DNA from: Callorhinchus milii
Lineage: Eukaryota
Direction: 5' to 3'
DNA: 64,000 bases
Assembly: GCF_018977255.1 (NCBI RefSeq)
Contig: NW_024704743.1
Location: 31,560,001 to 31,624,000 of the forward strand
Positions within the stretch are counted from its first letter, which is position 1, and each line of letters begins with the position of its first letter. Under the pieces are notes generated by a model, which did no database searches, was not told the origin of the DNA, and saw only the letters and a list, made by a program, of their open reading frames with translations. A program made the translations under genes and the position numbers. This document shows, one piece after another, positions 25,606-39,343 of the stretch.

Positions 25606-27786
25606 ACAACAACAGCAAAATTATATTTCTAGAGCGCCTTTTACATCGGGAGGACATCCAAGGCCCTGGACAGTCAGGGGTCAGGATCCGAGTACAGGGG
25701 AGGGGTGGGGTAGGGGTGAGGGAAGGCAGAGAGGTGGGAGGGCGACCGAAGGCACGATTGAAGAGGAGACCGGCCTTGAAGGAGGCAAGGGAAGAAGCGA
25801 GACGAAGGGACCGTGGGATGGAGTTCCAGAGTGTGGGGGCAGAGAGGCTGAAAGCTCAGTCACCGATGGTAGGACGGGTTGGGTGGGAGACATGGAGGAG
25901 GCCGGAGCCCACTGAAAGGAGGGAGTGGCCAGGTTGGTAGGGAGTCAGCAGGTCATAGGGGTAGGAGGTGGCAAGGCCATGGATGGCCTTTAAAATGAGG
26001 ACGAGGATGTTGAACTCGATCCTCTGGGGATGGGGAGCCAGTGGAGTCGGGTGAGGGTGGGAGTGATGTAGTCACGGCGCCTGGTGCGCAAGAGTACATG
26101 AGCTGCAGAGTTTTGGATGATCTGCAGCTTGTGAAGGGAAGAGTTGGGAAGGCAGATGAGGAGTGAATTTTCACTATCAAGCCTTGAGATGACGAATGCG
26201 TGGGTGAGGGTTTTGGCAGCCTGGGGAGTGAGGCAGTGGCGGAGTGTGGCAATGTTGCAGAGGTGGTAGTAGGCAGTGACGGTCATGGCGCAGATGTGGG
26301 GGAAAAAGGATTCAGGGTCAAATAAGACACCCAGGTTCCTGACTGGCTTAGTGAGGTTGAGTGTGCAGTCATGGAGGCTGATACTTCCAGTGCCTGAGGT
26401 GCGGAGGCATTGGCGAGCTAATCAGGTGGGCTTCGGTCTTGCTGATGTTCAGCTGGAGAAAGTTGTCCCTCGTCCAGGACTTGATGTCGGGCAGGCAGTC
26501 GGTCAGGATGCCAGTTGTCCTGGAGTTGAGGGTGGAGGCAGAGAGATAGAGTTGGGTGTCATCCGCATACATGTGGAAATTTACCCCATGCCTGTGGATG
26601 ATGTTACCAAGGGGGAGCATGTAGAGGGTGAAGAGGAGGGGATCGAGGACAGAGCCCTGAGGAACACCGCACGAGACAGTGCGGGGGCTGGAGGAGAAAC
26701 CGTTTGCTGAGACGAAGTGGAGGCAGTGTGAAAGGTAGGACCTGAACCAGTCAAGGACAGAACTTTGGAGGTTAAGGTGGGAGGAGAGGCGGTGGAGAAA
26801 GGATTGAATGATCCACAGTGTCAAAAATAGCGGAGAGGTTGAGCAAGCAAAAGGAGCCTTGGTCAGCATGGAAACCCGATTGGAGGGGTTCATAGAGGGA
26901 GTGGGAGGAGAGGAAAGAACGAAGCTGGGAGGCAACGGCTCTCTCAAGAATCTTGGATAGGAAAGGGAGATTTGAGATGGGCCGGTAGCTGGATAGCTGT
27001 GATGGGTCGAGGGAAGGTTTCTTCAAGGTGGGGCTGATAGTGGCTGTTTTGAGGGGGGAAGGAACAGTGCCAGATGACAGGGAGAGGTTGATGATGTCGT
27101 CGAGTAGTGGGGCAAGGAGGTGGAGCTGGGATTTAAGGAGAGGGGTGGGGTTGGGATAAAGGGAGCAGGTGGTGAGCTTCATGGAGGACATGGTGGTGAA
27201 GACAGAGGAGGGGGTGACAGTTTCAAAGGTGTGGAAGGAAGGATGGGTAGTTGTCGGAGTGTGGGGTGGGGGTTGGGAGGGAATGGAAGTTGGGGGGGCA
27301 GTGGCAGTTGAGCGGATTCCCTCGATTTTGGATTCAAGGAAGTCCAGCATTTTCTCGCAGTGAGAGTCGGAGGAAAGTACCTGCGAGGTGTGTCGGGGAG
27401 GGCGGAGGAGCCGGTTGGTGGTGGAGAATAGGAGACTGGGGTTGCCCTTCGCCTCCAGGATTAACCTGGAATAGAAGGACAATTTGGCCGAGTTGAGAGC
27501 GGAGCGGTAGGTTTTGATGAGGTCCAGTCGGATGCGCCGGTGGACCGTTAGGCCAGATTTGAGCCAAGTGCATTCGGCAGCCCACACCTGGCCCTTGAAC
27601 AAGTGGAGGTGGTTGGATCGGGAATAGGAGATAGTTTGGGGGGTGAGGGGGGCAAGGACGTCGAGTGGTGGAGAGGGTGCTGTGGAGGAGAATAAATGCA
27701 GAGGATGGGTTGGTGCAGGAGGTGGGCCAGAGTGGGAGGAGTTCAGAGGACTCCAGGGCAGCGGAGAGGGATTGTAGGGAGATCAA
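25606..27786 (-). mobile_element. L2 LINE ORF2 (reverse transcriptase) fragment, frameshifted, about 2.2 kb
   Basis: Overlapping ORFs give [62 protein letters not shown] and RLHWLP. L2 tail with (TTG)n. Confidence 0.93.
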
Positions 27787-27789
27787 TAA

Positions 27790-28255
27790 TACAGTAATAA
27801 TAATAATAATTTACAGTAATAATAACAATAATAATTCTTGCATTTGATGTAGCACCTTATCACATTGTCTCAAAAAGCTTCACATGATACACTGTAAATC
27901 AGATTCACTGCATATTTTGTGGGCAAAACAGACCAGCCTATTGCGCACAGCAATGTCCCACAAACAGGCATGGAGTGAGTGACCAATTTTATTTGGAGGA
28001 TTTGTTGGCCAGGACACCGCGAGAAACTCCCTTGTCTATTCGAATAGTGCCATGGGATCTTTAACCTGTACAGGCAGAAGGGACATTGGTTTAACATCTC
28101 ATCTGAAGGACGGCACCTCCAACAATGCAGCGCATCCCCAGCTCTGCATTGGAGTGTCAGCCTAGATTGTGAGTTCAAAGTCCCGATGTGAGACTTCTGA
28201 GCTAGAGTGCTACCAATCCAGCCAAGCTGACACAGTGCTACCAACTGAGCCAATG
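27790..28255 (-). mobile_element. Deu-type SINE (family A) abutting the L2 5' end
   Basis: Full structure. The head segment appears duplicated (agtgctaccaa twice). Confidence 0.8.
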
Positions 28256-31200
28256 ATACTTCCTGTACAACACGTGGAAGAGATATTACAGCAATGCCTG
28301 CACATAGAGCCCATGTACAGCGCACAGGAAGTGATGTTTGTGACTAGTTTACAATCCGGAAATCAAATGTTTAATGATGGAATGAATTTTCCTCAATTTG
28401 GAGAAAATTGGATAACCAATGAATACCGATGTTTACTCATTAAAATGTAGCACTATCTGATTTTGAAGATTGCACTTGAGACTCAAAATCACTTGAAGCC
28501 AGGGTAGCGACAGCAGATCTTGGTTTAATAATTAAGACCTATATTGTTTTGAACATATCAATCCAAAAGATCAACTTTTGTTTCTCCTCTTTTTTAATTC
28601 ATTTAAAATTCAAAGCACAGAAGAGAATTTATTAATGTCAATGTCACTCATATATTCTGTAAGGTAAAGGGCAGTCCTTAGGTTTGCACAAGGGCTCGAG
28701 TAAAGCAATAGGTTACTGGCTTCCGGCTGTCAGACAAAGAGATTCAGAATGTAAACTGTATCTTCTTCATGTAATAAGCCAGACTTATGAGACCTAAACT
28801 GCTGTAAACTTCACATAAGTCATTGTATCAGTTGGGACATACATTTAATATGACTTATGCAAAGTATGTGTAATGTCAAACTTGCATAGAATATAAACTC
28901 TTGAACAGAACTTGCGTTGATATATGACTTAGGTGATTATACAATTTATACAGGCCAAACTTATGTGAGTTTTACTGCACAAGGTGAGACCTCACAACAT
29001 CAGCAGGAATTCCCTGCAGAAAAAGGAGACTTCATCCCTTTGCCACGTTTTCTGCCATCCAGGCACAAGTTAGACTGCTGCTCCTCCTCAGGAACACTTT
29101 GGCAGCCTCCAATGTTGACATGCATTGTGTTTTCCATTGCAGTCTTATAGAAGTTTATTTGATATTTGTAGATGAACTGTTTTAACAAAATAATTCACGT
29201 GCAGTCCTCCGGGAAGCTAGCATTGTATATCCTGTTGTGAATTCATTCTGCAGGATGTTGATAGGACTGAAACTTCCAATGAGACCTGTGCCAATATATT
29301 GTTTTAAAAATAGCCTGTAGACAAAGATCACTTGCCTATCGTTATCTAACAATTCAGCCTTCAAACCAAACTAGAAAATGACTTGACTTGAAGTTATGGA
29401 TTTTGTTACTCTACTAGTGATTATTCTGCATCTTTCACACAGTGCAATAAACTCTTCATTGTACTCTTATGAAGAGGGGAAAACAAACACCATGGGGTTA
29501 AAATGCTATATAATCAGTACTGATAATTATTGTATCAATCCCTTCTCTCTCAGATTCCCATGTGAGAGATGATATGATAGTTTTTGCATGCAGCAGAAGA
29601 ATGGGGGATGTGGTACTTGTGACCTCCAGATATCCAAAGTTAATTTCACCTGGAGATAAGAATCTCCTGGAGGGGGAAATCAGCACTGAATCTGCCTCAG
29701 TACATAATGGTTCTTATAATACAATACAATTTACATTTATATAGTACCTTTCACGTGGGGAGGGCATCCCAAAGTGCTTCTTGTGTAGTGGAATAACAAT
29801 TTGCACCAGATTGTTTAAAATTCATCTTAGTTGATATCCTAAACTTGTGTCCTCTTGTTCTGCTGTCACTGTGCAGTTGGAAAGAATTTTCTGGGTTTAC
29901 TTTCTCAATCCGATTTAAATTCTTACATATTTCAGAAGTCTTTACTTCATAAGACACCTGAGACATCTGTTTATGAGTGAAGAGCCTTAACTTATCTAAT
30001 CATTGCAAATTGAAGAGACTTCCCAAAATACTGCATTTTAAGTTTTAAGTACCCATTTGAGAGATGTATTGCAGATTATCAGGATAGGTACTGACTGAGA
30101 TAAATAAATTTTCCTAGGGACACATTGATTTCTGTGCTGCTCTGCTCTGGAACTGGGGTGGGAGCAGTTTTCTGTGGAGGGAAGGGGCCAAATTTGAAAA
30201 TAGGGAGGTGTGGGTATGAATGAAAATGCTAAAGTTTGATCATCTGTGATCACCACTTGATTATCTTTAGGATTTAAGGAATAGTTGTCGAAAAAAGTTG
30301 CCCCAGGAGATTAGAGTGGATAAAACATTCACAGTTTCTATAATCTTTCTTTGTACCTCAAATGCTTAAGCCCAGCTATCAATTTAGTTGCCATTATGTT
30401 CATATGTTCCTTGAGTTCATGTTTCTTATGTTCCTATGTTCCTTACGTTCTCTTGTAATGTATGGTACCTGAGTCAGGCGGATCCACAACTACTCCAGGA
30501 CATGGCAGGTGACCATAAATGACCATAAAAATGAGACACACAAAGTTGGCAGACAAATCTGTGAGTTCCAGCAATTGGAATTTGAATCTCTCCCAGGTGT
30601 TGCTACTACTGCTGTTCTTTGTAACATTCCCCGATGCAGGGCTTTTGTCCATATCACAATCACTTGAGAGTATAAGCATTTTCAATTACTTGCTAAACAA
30701 AGTTTTGTTGGAGTGGACTTTGGCTCCTTGGTACAATGTCAGCACATCTTTCTGTCTTCTCAGAATTCACCAGAGTCAAACTTAATTCTTATTACAGTTG
30801 CCTTCAAGTGTCGCCTCATTGTTGAAGCACCTAAAATATGAAAAAGGCATTACAGTTTGAACATAGGTGGTCTGACTAATATTTTGGAGCCTAAGGCTAC
30901 GAGGCTTAGGCCTTAGGCTGCTATAAGTCAAATCCAGATTTTTCAAAAAATAACATTTTAATACTTAAAGTATGTTATAGAGCTCTGCTCCTGGTGTTAA
31001 GGAGAAGGGGGAAAGTATAGTCTATTCTTATATAGACAATGTCAACAACAACAAATTGCATTTATAGGCGCCTTTCACATTGGGAGGACGTACCAAGTGC
31101 TGGCCTTCATCTTACTTATTATTATTTAAGAGTAATAATAATTTGGTCACTCAATCCACGACTGTTTGTGGGACACTGCTGTGCACAATTAGCTGCTGTG

Positions 31201-34200
31201 TTTTGCCCACAAATATAGTCAATTCACTTTATGTTAGTCAATATTGCCCCGATATAAGGCCAAGCTTTAAAAAAAAGATTCCTCACCTAAGAGCTTCCAC
31301 ACTAGAACACAGAAGCTACTAACCATATTATTGTATAATAGGAGGCCCTCAAGGCACAGATCAGAGGTAGGATAATATATTATTTATCTAAAACGAAAAA
31401 CAAAGAGAGAAAATGAGTGTAAGCCTGAAATCACAAATTAAGCATTGAAGGAACCATGCTGGTTTTAGCCTCCAGGTAATTTTAATAAATTGTTATCTAA
31501 AAAATGCAGATAGAACAAGCTACTTACTGCCACAATAGAGTTTACCCTGTTTCATACCCAACTCACGTATTTTTAGAATGCAGATAAGGCAGGTAAATTA
31601 TTAACCTGGCTCCTTGAGATAGTTGAATCTTCAAATAAAATCAAGACAGCCAAGGCCAATGAACGGTATCCCACTGACATCAGCAAATGATATTAATCAA
31701 TAGTCATATGTATGCTCGTCTTTGTTCTGAACACGACAGACCTACAGTCTTTCGAATGTAACCCATTGGGCAAAGCTCTGAGTGATTTTTTTAATAAAAG
31801 TTATATTAAGAAAGAAATGAAAGGAAAACATAAAAAGCAATGGGGTTTCACTTGCAGTATTTCTTAATAGGATTCTTTAGGCAGAAATCCATTATAATTC
31901 CCATTGACCCAAGTGAACTCTACTCTGGAAGTATTTCACATCGGGGGAGAGCTCTCATTAATCGGTGCAATGAATGGACTGTTATTAGGAACTTTTATTG
32001 AGGAATCTGGTTAAAACATCCTGCAAATTAGACATCATGTATGTTAGTTAAAACATTTGCAATTGAGGAAATATAATAATCGGTTTCATGACTGTCATCA
32101 GGGAAAATTACCAAGTTCAGATTTCATTCCTTTTCAAACTTTCTCAAAGCATAATAATAATGATAATAATAATATTAATAATCTTTGCATTTGATATAGC
32201 GCCTTTCAGTTCAAAGTGCTTCACAGGATTTAATGTAAAGTGAAGTGACTGCATATTTGTAGGCGAACATGGGAGCCCATTTGCACACAGCAATGTCCCA
32301 CAAACAGATATGAAGTGAAACACCAATTTTATTTGGGAGATTGTTGGCCTGGACAAAGAGAAATATATTCAATATGTTTAATGGAAAGTTATAACAAGTA
32401 TGACTTTGATGTTAATGCCTGTTAGCCAGATGTCAGTTTGGATCAGTTGGTAGCACTCAAGCCTTTGAGTTAGAAGGGTTCAATTCTCCAGTGTAGCACT
32501 GAGGGAGCACTTTCTTATGTATATTTCCAGCTCTTTGAGATGTCTAGATGATGTGATAAGGCACTATATCAAATGCAAGGATTATTGTAATATTAAATGG
32601 ACTGAGTGTGTGCCTGTCCAGCAAACAATGTAAAACGAAATTGAAAAATAGGAGCTTTTAATGTGTTTTGTCTATACACGTACATCAATAAAGAAATCAT
32701 TGTATCCCATGGAGATTTGGTAACATCCTCCAGTGCTGATCTTAAGAAGATACTTGTCCACTTTTGAAGGTGTTGATCCATGTAGGGTGCTTTTTAGAGT
32801 TCTTTCTATTTAATCACTACTCTACTCTGTTGTAGGGGCAGTCGGTGAGAATGAATTAGGGATTATTCTTCTATTATGATAATAATATAATATATTAAAT
32901 ATTATTGTAATATTCTATTACATTACAATTAATATAATGTTATCAATTATAATATTAATTAATATTAGTATAAAATAGCATTTTATTTTATTACATTTAA
33001 ATTAATATTCATAAATTAAAATGCTGTTTTATTTTTTATTCTACGCCCTCCAGTTCATAGTCCACCCTCTGGTTTCTCCACCTCAGTCTCACAGCTTGTA
33101 ATTTCGTCAGTTTTCCTTATCTTGTTCATGTCGGTTGTTCACCGATTTCTGGGGAGAGGGATTCTTCCCACTTAATTCCTGTTAACGCTGCAAGCCAAAA
33201 CCCTAACCGGTAGCGAGGTCCCAGTTGCACAAGCAGCAGGAAGTTTGCCAGATGATGCTTTCAGTGGCAAACTATGCAGTATAGCTGGTGGAACTCTAGT
33301 AGTACCCCAACACATACTTTGGGTTGCCTAAGCTTTGGCCTCCTGCCAACCTCTGTTTAATACTCTCTCCAATTAAATAAGCAGGGAGCATCCCTCCAGG
33401 GAAAGAGTGTTCATTCAATTCCAGACGCAGGGAAATTTCCATGTGTAGGTAACATACATAAATGTAACTTGCAGTCTGGGTTCACTTTATCATAGGGATG
33501 AGTTCCACCTGTGTCAGACACTAGGCTGACCAAAAACAATAAAAATAAGATTTACTCTCTTGCAACCTTCCAGTTTGTATTCTTCACCTGTAAACCACTG
33601 GGGTGTAATTTGTAATATGTTTTAATGGGATTCCTCAATAAAGAATGCAAAATGCATTACACTAAGGATGAATCCAATTTATTACAAAGCAAGGGTTAGT
33701 AAAAGGAAAATATCCTCATAAAATTGCCACGCTCTTTCCATTTTAATTTGAAATATCAATCATCTTTGTGAACCAATATCATTACACAATATCGGAAAGT
33801 GCTTTAGGCAACATTCTAAATACTTTAACATGAAAAAGCAACCTGCATCATTAGGTTTGTGTGATGCAAAAGAGAAGACATTATTATTTAAATGATACGA
33901 GATATGGCCTTTTATTCTCAATTTAATCGCACTGTGCCATATTTGTCTTGGAGTAAAATGAAAGCACTGGTAGGAACTTTATTAAAAAACATGTTTGCAC
34001 TACCAAATCTCTTCGAAATTGTACTTTATGATAGTCAAATTCATGAGATGTTAGACTTGCTTGATAAAACTGTCATTCAGGAATGTATATCCCTGCAGAC
34101 ATGGAGACAATTATAAAATCTCAGCCACAGAATAAGAAAGGGGCCCTGCATTTCAGAAACTGAATTAATGCACACATCAGTTTGTTTTAAAAAGTTTGCT

Positions 34201-34249
34201 ACATATTCGTTATTATTTTTGTTCTTCGACCAATTTCTATCCTAAAATT

Positions 34250-34700
34250 CCCCCCACCCCAATTCCTCTCTCCTCTCAATGTGATTGACTCCTTTTCCCT
34301 TTTGATTGGGGAGTACAGAGGTTCTTATAGTTATCTCACTAAGTGGCCTTTATTGATGTGTAAGCCTTGACGACAACAACAAATTGCATTTACACAGATA
34401 GCACCTTTCACATTGGAAAAATGTCCCAAGGTTCTGACAGCAATTTGACAGTCAAACCTGTTTTTGTCCTCACCCAGTATCCACACATGGACATGGACAT
34501 CTTGCAGCAGGTCACGAGATAACTATTAGGAACCAGACTGCTGGCCAATTTCCTCCCATCTCTGGCACTGGAGTGTTACCCAGCACTACCCTGCTGAAGT
34601 CAGATAACTCAACACAGACCAGGAATCGAATCTGCAATGTTCTGGGTAACTATTGCACTGTATCGCTTTGTGCTACTCGGAAAAGTGCCATTGGGCCACT
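34250..34700 (-). mobile_element. Ancient tRNA-derived SINE (AmnSINE2-like), interrupted by an L2 tail at about 34370-34440
   Basis: The minus strand has a B-box-like gattcgattcctggtctgtgttgagttatctgacttcagc, then gggtgaggacaaaa. A related plus-strand fragment lies at about 48245-48427. Confidence 0.45.
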
Positions 34701-35836
34701 CAAGGAGTACTTGTATTTTGGTGATTTTTTTCAAAAAAAGAATTATTATTCTGAGGTTAGTAAAACACTTTTCTGTTCATACACAGCAGCGAGGGTGCCA
34801 ATTCTACTTTGACCCAGACCTGTCATGTTTAATTTATTTTGATTGAAAGCCTCTTAATTTGAGTGAATAATGGAAACTGTTTCAATGCACTAGGTCAGAG
34901 GTCTCCAACTGGTTGATCGCTGCTAGGTGTTCGTTTACGCACACTCAATAAAGACAAGGAGGAGCGATATTTAATACAATAATAATAATAATCCTTGCAT
35001 TTGATATAGCACCTTATCATGTCTTCGAGATGCCTCAAAATGTTTCACAGAATATACATAGAATATACAGAATATAAAGTGAATTGACTGTATATTTTGT
35101 GGGTGAAAGTTTAAACAACAAAGTTTCTATTTTTATTTTGTGTGCATGAAATACTTGGTGCATCTGGTTTAGTTTTCAATTGGATTTGATAACTGCGCAG
35201 TTTAATCCTTCCTCTTGTCTTTTTGAATATACGTGAGAGCGCCAAACTTTTCAAATATGCTCCATAATGGAATATGTCATTACATTATGACACTGTAGTG
35301 AAAGTTGTATGGTATGTTATAAAATATATACATTATTGCATTTTAGAAATGGAACACATCCTTAAGGTTTGAAAACTTTTTGAAGAAAGGATGAATAAAG
35401 TCCTTTTGCCCATTGGTTACATCTCATTTGATCTCAGAATACTCACTCTTCTGTCTTCCTATCATAGCAAGAAATTAGTTCTTAAATTGGTTATTTCAAC
35501 ATGATGGCCTCAACCACCTTTCCTGGTAACTCATTCCAACTGTTGATTGCCCTCTAGTCAAACAAATACTTCCTGCTGCCTTTCCTAATATTATCCTTCA
35601 CAATCCTAAACCTCCTGTCCTGCAGCCTTGTTGCATCTGAAACAAATGTTCTGGGTTTACTTTCCCAATCCCAATTAACATTTTATATACCTTTATAAAA
35701 TGTCTCTTTGCAAGATTAGCATTTGAATTCACAAAATACACTTGTACAATCCTACAATGTAAGGTTCCTGACGTGTTCTTCAGCATTTAACAATCAATTA
35801 AAGAGTAACAGAAAATCGCTACTCTCCATCTCAATT

Positions 35837-36206
35837 ATAATAATAATAATAACCTTGCATTTGATATAGCACCTTATCATATCTTTGAGATGTCTCAAAA
35901 GGCTTCACAGAACATACTGTAAAGTGAATTGACTATATATTTTGTGGGCGAAATGCGGCAGCCGATTGTGCACAGCAGTGTCCCTCAAACAGTCGTGGAT
36001 TGAGGGACCAAATTATTGTTATTATTATCTTTTTTTTTTTGAAGGGCTTATTACCCCTGGAAAAGCGATTCACAATCGTCTAACAACTGGATTCCTACTT
36101 ACTGCTAGGTAAGGAAACTTGCCTAACATTTTGCCCTGCCTGGGAATCAAACCCAGGTCCTCTCGCTTGCGAGGCGAGTGCTCTAACCACCAAGCTACAA
36201 GACTCC
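35837..36206 (-). mobile_element. tRNA-Ala-headed SINE (family B)
   Basis: Head ggagtcttgtagcttggtggttagagcactcgcctcgcaagcgagaggacctgggtttgattccc, then ggcaagtttccttac, then the tail shared with family A and (ATT)n. Confidence 0.85.
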
Positions 36207-37160
36207 TTATTGAGGTGAATGACACAGAGTGACTACAATAAAGAAAATCAGTCAAATTATTTTTGGATAAAATATGAATTTTGTACATAAAGGTTAACAT
36301 CCCACTACATACATCCCAATAACCCAATAGTATTTGGACTCTTAAATCAAAAATATTAGCTTCTGCAAATTATGAATTCCAGTGTACAGATCAAGGAAAG
36401 GATTCATGATATAGATCTCTATAGATCAATGTCAAGATATAGATAGACATCTGCTAAAGAGCTCAAACTCAGTGGGCTAGAATTGCTTTAGAGAAACGTG
36501 TAGAATGAGAAAAAGAATGGATGAAATAGCTTTGCTTTGTCGTGAAGAATTAGAATCGCCGCTTAAAGCATTTGTGTACTTTACGTTGCGTTAATAGATG
36601 TTTAAAAGTGATATGAGAGGCATTCTTCCTATGAGCTAAACACTATGTTGCATGTACATTGTTTTAAAGCAAATGGGATAGTGCTGGTTATTTTTAGCAT
36701 CGAACAAGTCAACAGTTCCACAACAATCACGTGTTGTACAAAGTGGCATCCATTAGCCACTAGGCACATACCAGTCAAGTGGCTCTTACTTAAAAATGCT
36801 CCTGCTAAATCAAAACACGAACAGCTGGGAGACAAAGCATAAAGCATCTCATGAAATGCAACAAAATGAATCAAAAGCAAAAGCGTTTGACCCAAGTGGT
36901 TCCTTTATGTAGGACAAGTAAAATAGACCAATTTGGCAGCTTCTTTTTGAAAAAACTAGGAAAAACAGTCCAATTTTAACTAGTTTTTTNCATTTCTATT
37001 GAGTTCTATGATGGTCTCTCCACACTAATGTAGTTAATTTACTTAAACAAATTTTACTTAATGAGCCACTGCATATAGCAATTACGCTGTAATCAAAGGT
37101 TAGACTCGTCAGAGGTGACACATATACAATTTGGGCATCTTTCTTTGTACTGTTGATTAA

Positions 37161-37398
37161 TATTTAAAGTGAACACTCTCTCTTTCTGTCTCCTCATATG
37201 CTACGTCCTTGTAATAAAATCTAAGGAAGCACTTTGACTGTCAGCTCACTCTGTGTGTTCTTCTTGGGGCTCAGAACAAAGGAAAATCCATCATTATTCT
37301 TTGAGGCCAATGATTAATCCTAATAAAGAAAGCTTAAGCGTTCTGAGGTACAGTCCGGGGTGAAGGGCACTATATAAATGCAAGTTGTTGTTGCTCTT
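37161..37398 (+). repeat. 238-bp direct repeat, copy 1
   Basis: Four mismatches by eye relative to 39344-39581. Confidence 0.95.
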
Positions 37399-38139
37399 TT
37401 TCCCACATTAAACCGTTTTGGGGGTTGGGTGGGGGTGGGGTGAGCTGATTATTTTAAAGTTAGTACCTTAGTGGTTATTCGATCTCCTTTTTTTATTTGT
37501 ATCAAGTTGAATGAGGTCCGCGCACTTAGCAGAGGGTAGAGGTTTAAAACTGAAGATTAAAGGAGAGAGTGTGCCTTCCATTCCAGACACAGGGAAATCC
37601 CCATGTATAGGTGACATACATATGTGGAATTGGTTTGGATAACCCTAAGCAGGGTGATGGGTTGCCTCAAGTGTCAAACCCCTGGCTGAGCAGAAAACCA
37701 TTGTTGATCATTCCATGCTCCTCCTTCGTGTATTTTTATTTTTTTCATGGTTCCACTTCTATCTCTGCAGCAACATTGCAACTCTTTTAATGGTTTTTCT
37801 TTTCACACCCATACAGTTACCACTGTTGCACCACAGGGCTTCATATTTAGTCACTTCCTCTTATTTACATAGTATCTTGCCTCCACAGCTTCACTCCAGC
37901 TTATCTGGGTGATCTTCTCCAGCCCTGTGTTCCGGGTTACAATCTCCTTCCTTCAGACTCTGGCTTGCTATTTGTGCTCCACTCTCTTCGTTTCTGCACC
38001 CTGGAATTTTCTTTCAAAAATATTTTGAATCACTCAGTCACTCACTGATTTCAATATCGCCTATATACCTATCTGTTTGACTGTGCCTTTGGTCACCTCT
38101 AAATTTCTCTTATTTTTTGGTCATTTCATTGCCCACTGC

Positions 38140-38466
38140 TCTCTTCGGTTCCCAGGCAGGGCAAAACGTTGGGCAAGTTTCCTTACTCCACATACCCCTG
38201 TTTACCGAGCAGTATGTAGGAATCCGGTTCTTAGTCGAATGGCGGATCTCTTTTCCGGGAGTAATGCCTTCAAAAAAAAAAGAAAAATAATAATTTGGTC
38301 ACTCAATCCCCGACTGTTTGTGGAACACTGTTGTGTTCGATTGGCTATCGCAATTCGCCGACATATATACAGTCAATTCACTTTACAGTATATTCTGTGC
38401 AGCGCTTTGAGACGTCTCGAAGACATGATAAGGCTCTATATCAAACACAAGGATTATTATTATTAT
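38140..38466 (+). mobile_element. Family B SINE, 5'-truncated
   Basis: ttgggcaagtttccttactccacat..ctgtttaccgagcagt plus tail. Confidence 0.8.
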
Positions 38467-38659
38467 TTGTTTTATGTAAATGGTGCCATAAAGTGCAAGT
38501 TGTTCCCAACATATACCTATCCAATTATACTACGTGAAGAACGCTACATAAATGCAAGTTGTTGTTGTCGTCATTGGATAGAGATTATTTAAAATAATAA
38601 GATGTGACTAACAAGGGATTTTTCTGCCACAGCTTTAGTCTAATTTGTTCAGTTATAAC

Positions 38660-38985
38660 ATAATAATAATATAATAATAATCCTTGCTTTTGATATAGCG
38701 CTTTTCACGTCTTTTAGACATCTCAAAGCGCTTCACAGAATATGTTGTAAAGTGAATTGACTGTATATTTGAGGGCGAAACACTGCAGCCAATTGCGCAC
38801 AGCAATGTCCCACAAATAGTCGTGGACTGAAAATGACCAATTTATTATTGTTTTTGTTTTTGGAGGGATTATTATTGGGCGTGTGGATTAAGGAAACTTG
38901 CCCAAGGTTTCGCCCTCTGCCTGGAATTGAACTCAGGTGTCTCGCTTGCAAAGCGAGTGCTCTAACCACTGAGCTACAGGACTCC
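38660..38985 (-). mobile_element. Family B SINE, short (internally deleted) form
   Basis: Intact head ggagtcctgtagctcagtggttagagcactcgctttgcaagcg (TGC anticodon-like loop). Confidence 0.85.
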
Positions 38986-39343
38986 ACGAGTCATTTATGT
39001 CCAGTTGAATGTAACAAAAAACATACTATCTTTGTATTATAAAAGGCTTTCTGGCAGGAACTGGATACCAACCTAGGATAGTTGCTCTTGAACCTTTTCC
39101 ATCATTGTTCAGTAATTTATTGCAGGCAACAGCCATTCAATGGAAGTTCAGATGCACTAATGCAAATTAAGCAGCTCAACTGAAAATGACCTCGCTGACC
39201 TTAGCTAACAAATGTTACTTGGTTTCTGCTTGTGGGAAATGTAGGCAAATCATATTCAAATCCAAACTAACATATATCGAGGATGCTTCAGGGGAATTTG
39301 GTGCTTCATATTTTATTTAAACAGTTCATTAACAGAAATGAGG

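Noticed and set aside
30863..30940. Small palindrome agcctaagg..ccttaggct
   Set aside because: It is too short and degenerate to call a MITE.
38915..38985. tRNA-Ala gene (also near 36140-36206 and 51915-51982)
   Set aside because: These are SINE heads. They run on into the SINE body and lack a proper acceptor stem and terminator.
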